Origin: Opitutales bacterium
GTDB taxonomy: Bacteria; Verrucomicrobiota; Verrucomicrobiia; Opitutales; Coraliomargaritaceae
Assembly: GCA_049598495.1 (NCBI GenBank)
Contig: JBMYNR010000002.1
Span: 32,001 to 96,000, forward strand
Direction: 5' to 3'
DNA length: 64,000 nt
Shown one piece after another: positions 10,058 through 20,533 of the stretch. Positions within the stretch are counted from its first letter, which is position 1. Each line of letters starts with the position of its first letter. Both the position numbers and the translations under genes were made by a program. The notes under the pieces were generated by a model that had not been told where the DNA came from, did not search any database, and saw only the letters and a program-made list of their open reading frames with translations.

Positions 10058-13000
10058 CTAAAAAGTATAACTTCCTGAGATAGAGAAGGAGCGCCCTTTA
10101 CGGTAGGAATACTTTTCATCATCGACAATATCGGGATCGTAGATAACCCTGCGCACACTATCTGTTAAATTGTTGACACGCAGGCTGATAGAAAAGTTGT
10201 CCGATATCTTCTGTTTGATATTTAAACCTAATTCAAAGTAGGAGTCAGTATACTCGTCGAGTAAAGAAAGCGCATTGTTTTCAGCACGGCCTGAACCCAC
10301 GGCAGTAAGTACTTGGCTCTGGCCGTAGAGATAAAGCGTCGCCGTCGTTTCTGTTGGGAACTCGACAGTCACATCTGCATTCAGGATCCATTCTGGCTGA
10401 TCGTAGAGACCGCGAGCACCCGGCAAGTCAAGCTGACCATTCTCGTCAAGGAAAGGTGAGATGAAGTAAAAATCGCCACTCCCGTCGTTCAGCGGAACCG
10501 CAGACGTATAAGTGCTCACGATGTTACGAGGGCGATCAATCTCTGAATCAATCAAGGTAGCATTGAAGCCAACGCTGACATTGCTGAAGATTTCATCAGA
10601 GCCCAGCCACGAGTCGACAAAATCGAGTCCGGACCGACCTTCAATTTCGATTCCCTGGAGAGTTCCCTTGTTTTCATTATTGATATACGAAGTGAATTCG
10701 TAACGAAAACCACCCAACAGTTTAATTTTTTCGATCGAGTTTTCGATCTCCTTCGAGAATATACTAAATGAGATATACCCGTTATTAGGCAAAGTATAGT
10801 CAACACGCAGGTCATAACTCGTTACCTCAGATTGAGTTAGGTTGGGATTACCTAAAATAATCTCACCCGCACTAGCTTCATAGTCGAAATACGGAGAGAA
10901 CTCACGAAAGGAGGGATATGCCTCTGTCTTCGTGTAACCGGCTCTGAGCGTAAGATCGTCCGTAATGTCCACTTGAAGAACAATCGATGGCAGGGCGACA
11001 TCTCTCTCCAGTAAGCCACTGGCATCTCCAGTTGGAATTTCCGGATAGCCGAGTATCTCAGCGTTGGACAGCGGCCCATCAACAGTAGGATATGTTCCAC
11101 TAAGAAGGTCTCCTAAGCTAAATCCGTCCTGTCCGTTACTTCCGGCAAGCTCGGCATTACCGCTAGCCTCAAGCTCCATATTTACAAATCGGCTGCCCAA
11201 AGTGAGCTGAATTTTATCACTGATAGGAACCGAGGTCTGTAGATAAACAGATTCAACTTCACGAGACACGCTCGCCCCGGATTCATATATCTCTCCATTG
11301 AGGAGAAAGGTATCATCATTGGTAACAGGGGTTCCTCCACCAGTCTGAGGCAGATTGCTTATATTCTGAGCTAGCGCGCCCGGATTGGAGCCAACCTGAT
11401 TTGGGCCATCCAAAGCAGTGATCACCTCCGCATTCTTCCCAGAAACTTCACGCTCAATTGTCTCGGTAAAGTATCCTCCGGTGAAAGCGACATCCCTGTC
11501 TACCCAGAAGGCTGGCATCTTGTGCTCAAAATCTACACGCTTCGCGTCACTCTCGTGCTCAATACTCTGAGATGACATCAATAGGTAAGCAGGGTTTCCC
11601 TGCGCGTTTGCACTATCGACATAAAAGTCTCCCGCCCCAAGCACTCGACCGCTATCGACAGTATCCACGAGAGCTTGATAGTAATCAAACTCTGTTCTCA
11701 AAGGGATGACACTTGTAACTTCAGAATCAGATAGACCCCAAGAAAGCCATGTCTCATACCCTGTAAGCTCACTTAGATCATGATTACCAAAGATTTGATT
11801 GGCCTCAAGGGTGCGCTCTTCGTATTCAACGGTATCCTCACCTGCTACATAGGACGGAGGTAATATAGTTCCACTATTGCGGAACTCAGCTAAACGAGCT
11901 TGCGAATCTTCTCTGAAGAGTGAGCCATCAGTCGACGGATCGCCGATGATAGAAAAAGGATTTGTGTCCCCATCAATACGCACGTGACCGTCAGAAAAAC
12001 GGTTCACTCGGTCAACACGACTTTCACTAAACAGACGAACAAGTGAGATCTTGTGCTCCTCTTCAGGGCCGAAGCCAAATTGACCTCCTAACAAGTAGCC
12101 GAATAGGGAATTAGATTCCGATTGCTGGTAATCATACTCGACCGCTTTGATTGTATCACCGTTAGTGGGATCATAAAGACTACCAGGCCTATATTCAGAA
12201 GATAGATCCTCAGGAGAAATGCCAGGAAGATTGGGTTCCGATCCAGGAGGGAAGTTTCCCGCGAAACCAAATGGCGGCACGAAGCGCGGGCTAGCCTGCG
12301 GATTACTGGAAACCGATCTTTCCGCATACGTGCCTCCGCTTTTATTACTCGAATTGGAATCATAAGTTGTGGAAACTACAAAACGAAAATTTGAAAGGAA
12401 ATTACTACCTGTTTCGTAACGATCACCAAAACTCACTTGAAGGCTTCCAGCCGGCATAGGGTCGCGCTCTTCAGCACCTCCCAACACGATGGGCGATGTC
12501 ACTTCATTAAAGCCTGAATCCGGTTCAGTCAGATTATCTGGACGACCTGGTGATGCGAACGGATTGACATGATCACTCTCAGAGTAAGGAGACCTCAGGA
12601 AGCCGTCCCAGTTGTCATTATAACGAAGCCCGACTTTGGCCTCAGCGAAGAACTCGTCGGGAAAAGCACGCGTCGAAAGCTCAAAAACACCACCGCCTGA
12701 ATTGCCGGGAAATTCTGCCAAGAAAATCTTATTAGTTACGATATTATCAATAATCGAAGATGGGAACAGGTCCAACTGAACTCCTTGACGCAGGGGGTCG
12801 GGGCTGGGGACTGGCAACCCGTTCACGAGTGTGCTGTTGTAACGATCACTAAGCCCGCGAACAACAGCAAACTTACCTTCAACAACAGTCACGCCAGTGA
12901 TCTTTTTAACTAGATCAGACAGATCCGAACCTCCAAACTTTGAGAAATCTTCCGCCGACAGGAAATCGACCGCACCAACTGATAATTGCTTCAAATCAAT

Positions 13001-13654
13001 CAAAGCCATCATCTCGTTAGCTTCCTCGGCAGTGACCGTGAAATCCTGAAGCTCGTATACCTCATCCGACATGTCAGCTGGACGAGGCGGGAGCGCAAAC
13101 GGGAAGACACTTACCTGTCCCCCGGCAACCGTGTAGTCGGTAACATTGGCCTCGATGTAACCTGTCTTAATAAAACTAATCGTATATAGACCCGCCGGAA
13201 TTGGCCCCAGCGAGTAACGACCATCCTCCGCTGTGACCGTTGCAATCTCCGTACCTTCGATGATGATCGCGGCGCCAGCAAGGGGTTCTCCTGTATCTTG
13301 GTCTAAAATTTGGCCGGAAACAATGCCCTCATCTGCAGCTAGCGTGCCTTCAAACTCAGCAGCGGTTTCTTGAGCTTCTACGACAGACTGAACAACAAAT
13401 TCATCCGCTCCTTCTACAAGGGGCGTTTCTGCTGAGGCAGCATCAGTAGAAGCAATGTCAATGGCGCCCTCTTCGGAGCTTTCTGTGACTCCTTGTAGCT
13501 CACGCTCGCGCTGCTCGCGCTCGGCTTCTTTGATCGCCTCGACCTGATCTTTGTATTGATCAGGCACCACGATTTCGATCGCGCTCAATGAGGCGAAGCA
13601 AAATAGAGAGGATACGGCAGCAAGCAGTGCCTTGTTGAGAGATTTCGTTTTCAT
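10058..13654 (-). CDS. Large TonB-dependent outer-membrane receptor with an N-terminal carboxypeptidase-regulatory-like domain
   Basis: Likely start MKTKSL at 13654. GIVSGQILDQDTGEPLAGA domain, plug VVRGLSDRYNSTLVNG, GNPNL and C-terminal GRSFSISGSYTF. Confidence 0.93.
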   Translation of the reverse strand: MKTKSLNKALLAAVSSLFCFASLSAIEIVVPDQYKDQVEAIKEAEREQRERELQGVTESSEEGAIDIASTDAASAETPLVEGADEFVVQSVVEAQETAAEFEGTLAADEGIVSGQILDQDTGEPLAGAAIIIEGTEIATVTAEDGRYSLGPIPAGLYTISFIKTGYIEANVTDYTVAGGQVSVFPFALPPRPADMSDEVYELQDFTVTAEEANEMMALIDLKQLSVGAVDFLSAEDFSKFGGSDLSDLVKKITGVTVVEGKFAVVRGLSDRYNSTLVNGLPVPSPDPLRQGVQLDLFPSSIIDNIVTNKIFLAEFPGNSGGGVFELSTRAFPDEFFAEAKVGLRYNDNWDGFLRSPYSESDHVNPFASPGRPDNLTEPDSGFNEVTSPIVLGGAEERDPMPAGSLQVSFGDRYETGSNFLSNFRFVVSTTYDSNSSNKSGGTYAERSVSSNPQASPRFVPPFGFAGNFPPGSEPNLPGISPEDLSSEYRPGSLYDPTNGDTIKAVEYDYQQSESNSLFGYLLGGQFGFGPEEEHKISLVRLFSESRVDRVNRFSDGHVRIDGDTNPFSIIGDPSTDGSLFREDSQARLAEFRNSGTILPPSYVAGEDTVEYEERTLEANQIFGNHDLSELTGYETWLSWGLSDSEVTSVIPLRTEFDYYQALVDTVDSGRVLGAGDFYVDSANAQGNPAYLLMSSQSIEHESDAKRVDFEHKMPAFWVDRDVAFTGGYFTETIEREVSGKNAEVITALDGPNQVGSNPGALAQNISNLPQTGGGTPVTNDDTFLLNGEIYESGASVSREVESVYLQTSVPISDKIQLTLGSRFVNMELEASGNAELAGSNGQDGFSLGDLLSGTYPTVDGPLSNAEILGYPEIPTGDASGLLERDVALPSIVLQVDITDDLTLRAGYTKTEAYPSFREFSPYFDYEASAGEIILGNPNLTQSEVTSYDLRVDYTLPNNGYISFSIFSKEIENSIEKIKLLGGFRYEFTSYINNENKGTLQGIEIEGRSGLDFVDSWLGSDEIFSNVSVGFNATLIDSEIDRPRNIVSTYTSAVPLNDGSGDFYFISPFLDENGQLDLPGARGLYDQPEWILNADVTVEFPTETTATLYLYGQSQVLTAVGSGRAENNALSLLDEYTDSYFELGLNIKQKISDNFSISLRVNNLTDSVRRVIYDPDIVDDEKYSYRKGRSFSISGSYTF

Positions 13655-13775
13655 GTGTCGCTTGTTAAGAGATAACCCGCCACATGTGTATGTAGGCGGG
13701 GTAACGCGCACCGTAATGCGACCACGAAACAACGGCTCAATTCCAAAGTTACATGAGGCCAGAAATATTACGCCT

Positions 13776-13813
13776 CTGTAACTTTTGTAACATTTGTGAC
13801 ACAATTGTGTCTC
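13776..13813 (-). promoter_or_regulatory. Pho-box-like cluster upstream of the TBDR
   Basis: Minus strand reads GAGACAC-AATT-GTGTCAC (7-4-7) followed by two GTTACA half-sites. Confidence 0.5.
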
Positions 13814-13909
13814 AAAACGCGATATTCGGGCCCCAGAATGGAGGGACAGCGTCCCCGCTGTCCGCATTTGGACCTAGGGCTAGGGCATCCTGCGTTTAGC
13901 TTGAAGTAT

Positions 13910-13973
13910 GTAGCCGCCTCACTCTGTTGAGGCGTTTCTACAGGCTGACACGGCAACGGAGTGCCGTGGCTAC
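13910..13973. repeat. REPIN-like doublet of GTAG REPs
   Basis: GTAGCCGCCTCACTCTGTTGAGGCG with an inverted partner GTAGCCACGGCACTCCGTTGCCGTG. A further GGAG-type hairpin lies at about 13839-13864. Confidence 0.7.
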
Positions 13974-13991
13974 ACCACCTTTCTCCAATGG

Positions 13992-15179
13992 CTATTGCTG
14001 GTTACTGTCTTCAAGCGATTCAACGACCTCCTCAACCGCGACATCGTCCACTTCTTCCACCACAGTGGTCGTCTGGTCCGCTTCCGTGATGGCTTGATTT
14101 ACAGGCTTGATCAGGAGCGGAAGGAAAAGCGCCAGCAAAACCGCAATCGCAGAACCGAAGAATGCTTTGCCTGCATCTCGGAAGATGAGGTTTGAAACTT
14201 TCTTCTTGGTGCGGTGGCGCAAGCGAAGCGCGATACCGACTTCACGACCCGCAAGAAGGCCGAGGAACACCCACGTTGTACTCATTGGCATCTTTTCGGG
14301 CCAAGGCACTTCCATGTTCATGGCCACAAAGAGCTTTGGAATGTAGTCTACCTTGAAAAAGAGCAGAACGAGACCGTAGAGCAAATCGATGAATGTCGCG
14401 GACCTGACATCCAGCGTGTTGGTCTTATTCGTGACCACATGTTGAATCTTGCCTCCCTTCTCCTTGAATAGGTAGCCCTGCAGGAGAACCATACCGCCGA
14501 GCGAGAGCGCTAGCCCCCACCATGAGAGCTCGCGGGGAAGATAGACAAAGATGTTGGCCAGATCTTGGACCAGCCACATGGACCAGAGGAAGCCAGTGGA
14601 AAGCCACTGGAAGACCATCCAGTTGGGGTGAAGGGCATTGGCCCCTTCTTCATCTTCCTCGAGCTCTTTCGAAACCTTGCGCTCGAGGATGTAGATCACC
14701 GCGAAAAATAGAATCAACCCGAGCAGAAAGGCGATAGCGTAGCCGACCAGAGACTTCTCCATCATCGACTTGAAAAGGTCCACGGCTGCTTTTGGCGTGC
14801 TCCCCATCTGCGCGGCGACAAGGCCCTTGAATGCGGTCAACACGAGCAGCGACGTACTCACGGGGATGCCCATCCGGGTCAGAATGACTAAGCAGAGAGG
14901 CGGCAGAACGAAAAGCCAAGTAATGAGGCCCCCGATATCGTGGGGGTGCGGAATGTTTTTGCCGTCGGCAGCCAAGCGGCCGAAAGCGGGGTCACCACCG
15001 TTGGCGATCCAACCCCAAGTCACCGTCACCACCATGATACCGGAGATCCAGATCCAGAGCACCCACCACGGCCGCTTGGCGTTGGAGGCGAGGAATGTCC
15101 CCAAGGTCTGGATCGAGTCGTTCGCAACGATGGCGTAAGCAGCCATCGCAAATCCGAGGATCATAAAAATTTCGGCCAT
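13992..15179 (-). CDS. Multi-pass membrane protein, divergent PiT/PHO4-like phosphate permease candidate
   Basis: About 10 hydrophobic segments; two PiT-signature-like motif pairs (ANDSIQTLGT...GIPVSTS and QDLANIF...MPMSTTW); divergent from pstS. Confidence 0.6.
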   Translation of the reverse strand: MAEIFMILGFAMAAYAIVANDSIQTLGTFLASNAKRPWWVLWIWISGIMVVTVTWGWIANGGDPAFGRLAADGKNIPHPHDIGGLITWLFVLPPLCLVILTRMGIPVSTSLLVLTAFKGLVAAQMGSTPKAAVDLFKSMMEKSLVGYAIAFLLGLILFFAVIYILERKVSKELEEDEEGANALHPNWMVFQWLSTGFLWSMWLVQDLANIFVYLPRELSWWGLALSLGGMVLLQGYLFKEKGGKIQHVVTNKTNTLDVRSATFIDLLYGLVLLFFKVDYIPKLFVAMNMEVPWPEKMPMSTTWVFLGLLAGREVGIALRLRHRTKKKVSNLIFRDAGKAFFGSAIAVLLALFLPLLIKPVNQAITEADQTTTVVEEVDDVAVEEVVESLEDSNQQ

Positions 15180-15241
15180 AAAAATTTCGATCTAGGATAG
15201 GTAGAGAGAAATATTTGCTAAGTCCAAGCAAAAGCCCACCG

Positions 15242-15259
15242 GTGTCACGCAATTGTTAC
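15242..15259 (+). promoter_or_regulatory. Pho box upstream of pstS, shared with the divergent permease gene
   Basis: GTGTCAC-GCAA-TTGTTAC with 7-4-7 spacing, similar to the CTGTCAT-N4-CTGTCAC consensus. Confidence 0.7.
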
Positions 15260-15321
15260 AAGCGGCGGGCAGTTTCGATTTTTCAAAAACGGAATATTTT
15301 GTTTTCATATGAGGTTCGGGC

Positions 15322-16155
15322 ATGCAAATCCTTTTTCGCCATACAATTGTTACATTTTTATCCAGCACCTTTCTGGCTGGGGCAGTCTGTGCAGGTACGG
15401 TGATCATTAAGGGCTCGGACACATTGGGGGCAAAACTGATCCCTCAGCTTGTCGAAACATACCGCGCCACTCTGGATGACGGTGGCGAAAACCTCGCTTT
15501 TGAGATCGCGGCCGAGGGCTCGACGACCGGCGTAGCTGCGATTCTTGAAGGCAGTGCCGACATTGGGATGCTTTCTCGAGGATTGGACGCTAAAGAGTAC
15601 CGCCGTGCAGAAATTCGCGGGCTCGAGCTCGAGATTCTTAAAGTGGCACGGGACGGTCTTGCAGTGATCGTCAACGAGAATAATCCACTGACGGAACTAA
15701 GCTCCCAAGAAGTGGAAGCCATATTCACAGGCGACATTCAAAACTGGGCCGCGCTCTCCTTGTTCGCAGGCGACATATCGATTTATACCCGCAGCACTGC
15801 CTCCGGAAGCTTTGGCGCATTCCAAAGCCTAGCGCTCAACAATCGTGACTACAGCTTGAACTCTCAAAAGATGACGGGTAATGAACAGATTGCGTCAGAG
15901 GTCGCTTCGAACCCTTACGGCATCGGTTATGTCGGCCTGGCCTACACGAGAACTCCCGGAGTGAAAGCACTCCCCATTGATGGACTGATGCCTGACGAGT
16001 CCGGATATACTTACGAGCGAGAGCTGTATTTCCTCATCGACAAGAATCGCGAAATGAGCGCGGAGGCTCGAGACTTTATAGACTTTTGCCTAAACGCCCG
16101 CGGCCAGCGGATCGTTACACGCATCAACTTTCTGCCATCGGCAAACACACAATAG
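15322..16155 (+). CDS. pstS: Phosphate ABC transporter substrate-binding protein
   Basis: IKGSDT, EGSTTG, ADIGMLSR, RSTASGS and GIGYVGLAY motifs. Confidence 0.93.
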   Translation: MQILFRHTIVTFLSSTFLAGAVCAGTVIIKGSDTLGAKLIPQLVETYRATLDDGGENLAFEIAAEGSTTGVAAILEGSADIGMLSRGLDAKEYRRAEIRGLELEILKVARDGLAVIVNENNPLTELSSQEVEAIFTGDIQNWAALSLFAGDISIYTRSTASGSFGAFQSLALNNRDYSLNSQKMTGNEQIASEVASNPYGIGYVGLAYTRTPGVKALPIDGLMPDESGYTYERELYFLIDKNREMSAEARDFIDFCLNARGQRIVTRINFLPSANTQ

Positions 16156-16157
16156 CG

Positions 16158-17696
16158 ATGGAGCCGAGCCAAGATCATAGCCATTCCGAATCGGGGATGG
16201 CCCTAAAAGCTGGAATGTCCACGTCGGCAAACCGCCGCTTTGAGAAAACGTTCAAGAACCTGTTTCAATCGACCGCTTTTGTCACAATCTGTATACTTGG
16301 TCTGATCATCCTCTTTTTGCTTAAAGAGGGCCTTGGATTTGTTGGCAGCTATACCGAGAGTCTCAGAGAATATCGGAGCTCCGGCTTGGAGTATGTCGAC
16401 CTCATGGAGAACAAATATCGCGACTCCATCGAACTACAGAACGAACTAACCCAAATCCGAGCGGACTGGATCAAACGCTTACAGGACGATCGACAAGACC
16501 AACGGGTCATTCAGCAAACGATTGGAGACTCCGAGTTCAGTGCGCTATTTGCCGAGCTTCGGGAAACGACACTTCCACTCGGGGCCTATCTGAAGGAAAA
16601 GCGCGACTATGTCATGCACGCCAGAAACGATTCGGAGGAGGCCATTTTCGATCAAGCCTACCTTGAGGGCCTTCAATCCGACCGTGAGCGCTACGACAGT
16701 ATCATTTCCCAACTCGCGGAGGCACAGATCGCGTTGACCCGCGAGCTCGCAGTATTTCAGACAGGCCAGAAAGGCCTAGACCGAAGGCTGCAGAAGGCGG
16801 AGGCAACGGCTCTTGCTTACAGCGGAGGAGTTATTCATCACCTTGAGAGCCTTAGCGCGTGGAAAGCGGACGCCTCGATTTCAGAGTTCCGTGCGCTCAT
16901 TTCGTTTTTTACCGGCCGGCATTGGATCACTGCGAGTGACCAACAAGATTGGTATGGCCTTCTTCCGCTTCTAACGGGTTCTATCCTCATAAGCGCGATC
17001 GCGATGACGATTGCGATCCCGACCGCAATTGGTGCCGCAATCTACATCAACCAGTTCGCCAGTAAGGCCGAACGCACTCTAGTAAAGCCCTACATCGAAT
17101 TTATCTCCGCGCTCCCATCTGTGGTCATTGGTTTTTTTGGAGTCATGCTCTTTGGCGAATGGATGCGCACTTTCTCGAACATGGACGCATTTGCCTGGCT
17201 GCCATTTTTCCCGATCGAAGAACGGCTGAACGCTTTCACTGCGGGCGCCCTCCTCGCCCTCATGGCGATACCAACGATCTTCACTCTGACTGAAGACGCA
17301 CTCGAAAACGTTTCAAACTCCCTCAAGGAAGCATCACACGCAGTCGGAGCGACAAAGCTTCAAACCACCTTTCGCATCATTCTCCCAACTGCAATCAGCG
17401 GGGTGATCTCCGCAGTCATGCTCGGATTTGGACGAGTCATTGGCGAAACGATGGTCGTTCTACTTTGTGCGGGCAATCGAATCAAGATTCCCGAAATCGA
17501 TCTGGGAGGCGAGTTTCTCTTCGAGCCCGTGCATAGCATGACGGGTATCATCGCCCAGGAGATGGGAGAAGTTGTTTACGGGGGCCTCCACTATCGAGCC
17601 CTCTTTATGGTCGGGATCGTCCTGTTCCTAGTCTCACTTGCGGTGAACTACGGCGCTCAGGTCTTCGCGAAGAAATTCACCCCAAAGATGAGGTAA
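16158..17696 (+). CDS. pstC: Phosphate ABC transporter permease with a large soluble insertion
   Basis: YGLLPLLTGS, LPSVVIGFFG and GFGRVIGETM; start set at the ATG at 16158. Confidence 0.93.
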   Translation: MEPSQDHSHSESGMALKAGMSTSANRRFEKTFKNLFQSTAFVTICILGLIILFLLKEGLGFVGSYTESLREYRSSGLEYVDLMENKYRDSIELQNELTQIRADWIKRLQDDRQDQRVIQQTIGDSEFSALFAELRETTLPLGAYLKEKRDYVMHARNDSEEAIFDQAYLEGLQSDRERYDSIISQLAEAQIALTRELAVFQTGQKGLDRRLQKAEATALAYSGGVIHHLESLSAWKADASISEFRALISFFTGRHWITASDQQDWYGLLPLLTGSILISAIAMTIAIPTAIGAAIYINQFASKAERTLVKPYIEFISALPSVVIGFFGVMLFGEWMRTFSNMDAFAWLPFFPIEERLNAFTAGALLALMAIPTIFTLTEDALENVSNSLKEASHAVGATKLQTTFRIILPTAISGVISAVMLGFGRVIGETMVVLLCAGNRIKIPEIDLGGEFLFEPVHSMTGIIAQEMGEVVYGGLHYRALFMVGIVLFLVSLAVNYGAQVFAKKFTPKMR

Positions 17697-17704
17697 CTGG
17701 TAAC

Positions 17705-18910
17705 ATGAATGGTCCAAGCTTTGCCTCCGGGGGATCCACCCAGTCTAGGCGCTCGAAAGTAAAACAGCGAGTGATGGTCGTGCTTCTGTTCATCGCCACC
17801 TACTCCATAGTAGCGAGTGTCGGCGTCATCTTCGCCACAATCACTTACCAAGGCTCCAAGGTCGTCTTCCAGCCACAGTACCCATTCATCAACACGGCAT
17901 TTCTTACACAGACTCCCGAAACGCTTCATGTTTACAAACCTCGCGCAACCGAGAACCGCTTACTGGAAAAGCAACGAACTCGGATCCAATACGAGCAACA
18001 ACTCAGCCCCTACGCGGGTAATACACTCGAGCAACAGACAGAGATTCTCGCTCAACTTGAGATCTTAAACGCCGAAATTGAGGAGCTCGAAAAGCAGTCT
18101 CAAATCGGCGAGATACGATTGAGTGAAGCCGAATTTCGTGCGCTCACCGATAAACCCTCACTCGAACAATTTACCTACGAAAACTTCGCCTATAGCGCGG
18201 GCGGGATTGGTCCGGCGATAGCCGGCACGGCAATATTGGTCGTCGGCTCCATCGCGATTGCTCTAACCCTTGGTATTCTCTGCGCGATCTATTTGAATGA
18301 GTACAGCCCACATGGACGCTTTTCTAGATGGGTGCGGCTATCCGTCCTAAACCTAGCCGGCGTACCTTCCATAGTCTTCGGCCTATTTGGATTCGGAATC
18401 TTCGTACTCTTTCTTGGCTGGGGCGTGTCTGTTCTTGCGGGATGGTTCACTCTTTCTGTCATGGTCCTGCCCATCGTGATTGCATCCAGCCAAGAGGCCA
18501 TACGCGCTGTGCCTAACTCATTCAGAGAAGGCTCGCTTGCACTCGGAGCATCTAAATGGACAACGATTCGAACCAATGTCCTGCCCCACGCCCTCCCAGG
18601 TATGTTGACCTCGTCAATCCTGAGTATCGCTCGGGTCGCGGGAGAAACTGCCCCGATCATGTTCACCGCAGCCTTCGCTCTGCGTGACCAGCTGCCGTGG
18701 GAAGGTCTCTCCAAATGGAGCGATTTCTTTTTTCAGGGCGTGATGGCCTTGCCCTATCACATATATGTGGTCAGTTCAAAGATACCCCAAAATGAGTATA
18801 CCCTACGAATGCAATACGGCGCGACATTCGTATTCCTCGTTCTCATCGGCGTTTTTGCATTAACCAGCATCCTACTACGGATCAGAATACGGCAGAAACA
18901 ACGCTGGTAA
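17705..18910 (+). CDS. pstA: Phosphate ABC transporter permease
   Basis: [23 protein letters not shown] and ARVAGETAP. Confidence 0.95.
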   Translation: MNGPSFASGGSTQSRRSKVKQRVMVVLLFIATYSIVASVGVIFATITYQGSKVVFQPQYPFINTAFLTQTPETLHVYKPRATENRLLEKQRTRIQYEQQLSPYAGNTLEQQTEILAQLEILNAEIEELEKQSQIGEIRLSEAEFRALTDKPSLEQFTYENFAYSAGGIGPAIAGTAILVVGSIAIALTLGILCAIYLNEYSPHGRFSRWVRLSVLNLAGVPSIVFGLFGFGIFVLFLGWGVSVLAGWFTLSVMVLPIVIASSQEAIRAVPNSFREGSLALGASKWTTIRTNVLPHALPGMLTSSILSIARVAGETAPIMFTAAFALRDQLPWEGLSKWSDFFFQGVMALPYHIYVVSSKIPQNEYTLRMQYGATFVFLVLIGVFALTSILLRIRIRQKQRW

Positions 18911-18930
18911 TCGAAAGACTTTATAGACAG

Positions 18931-19725
18931 ATGGCCCAAGAAAGCTCCAAGACCACTCAAGAAGAGAAACCACCCATCATCCGGGTGAAGAACTTCGACT
19001 TCACATACGGTGAGGCCCAGGCACTCTTCGATATCAGTATGGATGTCCGCGAGAAAGAGGTCACCGCATTCATCGGACCGTCCGGCTGCGGCAAGTCGAC
19101 CTTTCTCCGCTGTTTCAACCGGATGAACGACCTGATCGACATCGCCCGAATCAAGGGAGGCTCAGTTGAGATTAATGGAGTCGATATCTATGAAAAGGAC
19201 GTCGATGTGATCGAACTCCGCAAACACGTGGGGATGGTGTTTCAGAAGTCGAACCCCTTTCCCAAATCGATTTACGAGAACATCGCCTACGGGCTCCGCA
19301 TTCAGGGCATCAAGAAGAAATCCATCCTCGACGATGTTGTGGAAGACTGCCTTCGGGGTGCCGCGCTTTGGGACGAGGTCAAGGACCGCCTCAACGAGAG
19401 CGCCCTCGGGATGTCTGGCGGGCAGCAGCAGCGCCTTTGCATTGCCCGCGCACTCGCCGTCAAGCCGGAGATCCTCCTGATGGACGAGCCCTGCTCCGCG
19501 CTCGATCCGATCGCCACCGCCAAGGTTGAAGAGCTTATCCACGAGTTAAAGAAGGACTACACCATCGTGATCGTGACACACAATATGCAGCAGGCTGCGC
19601 GAGTGTCCGACCGAACCGCGTTCTTCTACCTTGGAAAGCTGATCGAATACGATGTAACGGACACCATTTTCATGAACCCGAATAACGAACAGACTGAGGC
19701 CTACGTTTCAGGCCGCTTCGGCTAA
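18931..19725 (+). CDS. pstB: Phosphate ABC transporter ATPase
   Basis: [32 protein letters not shown] and YVSGRFG. Confidence 0.98.
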   Translation: MAQESSKTTQEEKPPIIRVKNFDFTYGEAQALFDISMDVREKEVTAFIGPSGCGKSTFLRCFNRMNDLIDIARIKGGSVEINGVDIYEKDVDVIELRKHVGMVFQKSNPFPKSIYENIAYGLRIQGIKKKSILDDVVEDCLRGAALWDEVKDRLNESALGMSGGQQQRLCIARALAVKPEILLMDEPCSALDPIATAKVEELIHELKKDYTIVIVTHNMQQAARVSDRTAFFYLGKLIEYDVTDTIFMNPNNEQTEAYVSGRFG

Positions 19726-19728
19726 TAT

Positions 19729-19786
19729 GTTGGTTTACCTAAAGGCGGCTTGGGCGAGGATAACCGCCTAAAGGCGGGACTCCAAC
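19729..19786. repeat. REP-like element ending in CTCCAAC
   Basis: CCGCCTAAAGGCGGGACTCCAAC with a degenerate inverted partner starting GTTGG; related to 51317-51386. Confidence 0.55.
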
Positions 19787-19826
19787 ACCACTCAACCACT
19801 TAACTATTTGACCACTTAACCACGAC
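19787..19826. repeat. Five degenerate 8-bp tandem repeats (ACCACTTA)
   Basis: accactca accactta actatttg accactta accacgac, immediately before the phoU start. Confidence 0.7.
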
Positions 19827-19830
19827 TACC

Positions 19831-20469
19831 ATGCAACGCTATTTCCACAAAGAACTCGAAGTGATTCGAAGTAAACTGATCCTCATCGGCGAAAAGGCCA
19901 ATGAAGCCGGGCGGCTCGCCGTCGAGGGCTTCATCCAAAGTGATCTCGAAAAGACCCAAGCAGCCGTGAAGATGGACGACGAGATCGACGATCTCGAAAT
20001 CGAGATCGACCGCGATGCGGTCCGCTATATCACCCTGCGCTCGCCCGTCTCCGCAGATGTGCGGCTCATCTTCGTTGCGATCAAGGCCAGTCACGACCTG
20101 GAAAGAGCCGGCGACGAGGCGCACAGTATCGCCAAACGTACCCGGAGCATTCTGACTCGCGACGGCAAGGTAACGAACCCGGTTAAAATCCAGGAAATGA
20201 GCGTGCTCGCATTTGCCATGATGCGCGATGCCATCACCGCCTTCCTTGATGAAAATCTCGAAATGGCCGAGGGGATCATTGAGCGCGACAGAGAGGTCGA
20301 CCGCCTCAACAAGGATAACTACAAGGCGCTTTCGAAGGGAGTAAAAGAAGACAGCGGTGAAGCCTCCACCAGCATCGAGACCATCCTCATCTCAAAGTCG
20401 ATCGAGCGGATTGCCGATCACGCCAAGAATCTAGCCGAAGAGGTCATTTACCTGTTAACGGGGGAATAG
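19831..20469 (+). CDS. phoU: Phosphate signalling protein PhoU
   Basis: DLERAGDEA and [17 protein letters not shown]; follows pstB. Confidence 0.96.
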   Translation: MQRYFHKELEVIRSKLILIGEKANEAGRLAVEGFIQSDLEKTQAAVKMDDEIDDLEIEIDRDAVRYITLRSPVSADVRLIFVAIKASHDLERAGDEAHSIAKRTRSILTRDGKVTNPVKIQEMSVLAFAMMRDAITAFLDENLEMAEGIIERDREVDRLNKDNYKALSKGVKEDSGEASTSIETILISKSIERIADHAKNLAEEVIYLLTGE

Positions 20470-20533
20470 ATTGTAGAACGCTGACGACGGAGCACGGCAG
20501 CACCCGGATGACGGGGCTTACATGAACACAGTT

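Noticed and set aside
13655..13867. N-terminal extension of the TBDR ORF
   Set aside because: The signal peptide begins at MKTKSL (13654); the extension covers promoter and REP DNA.
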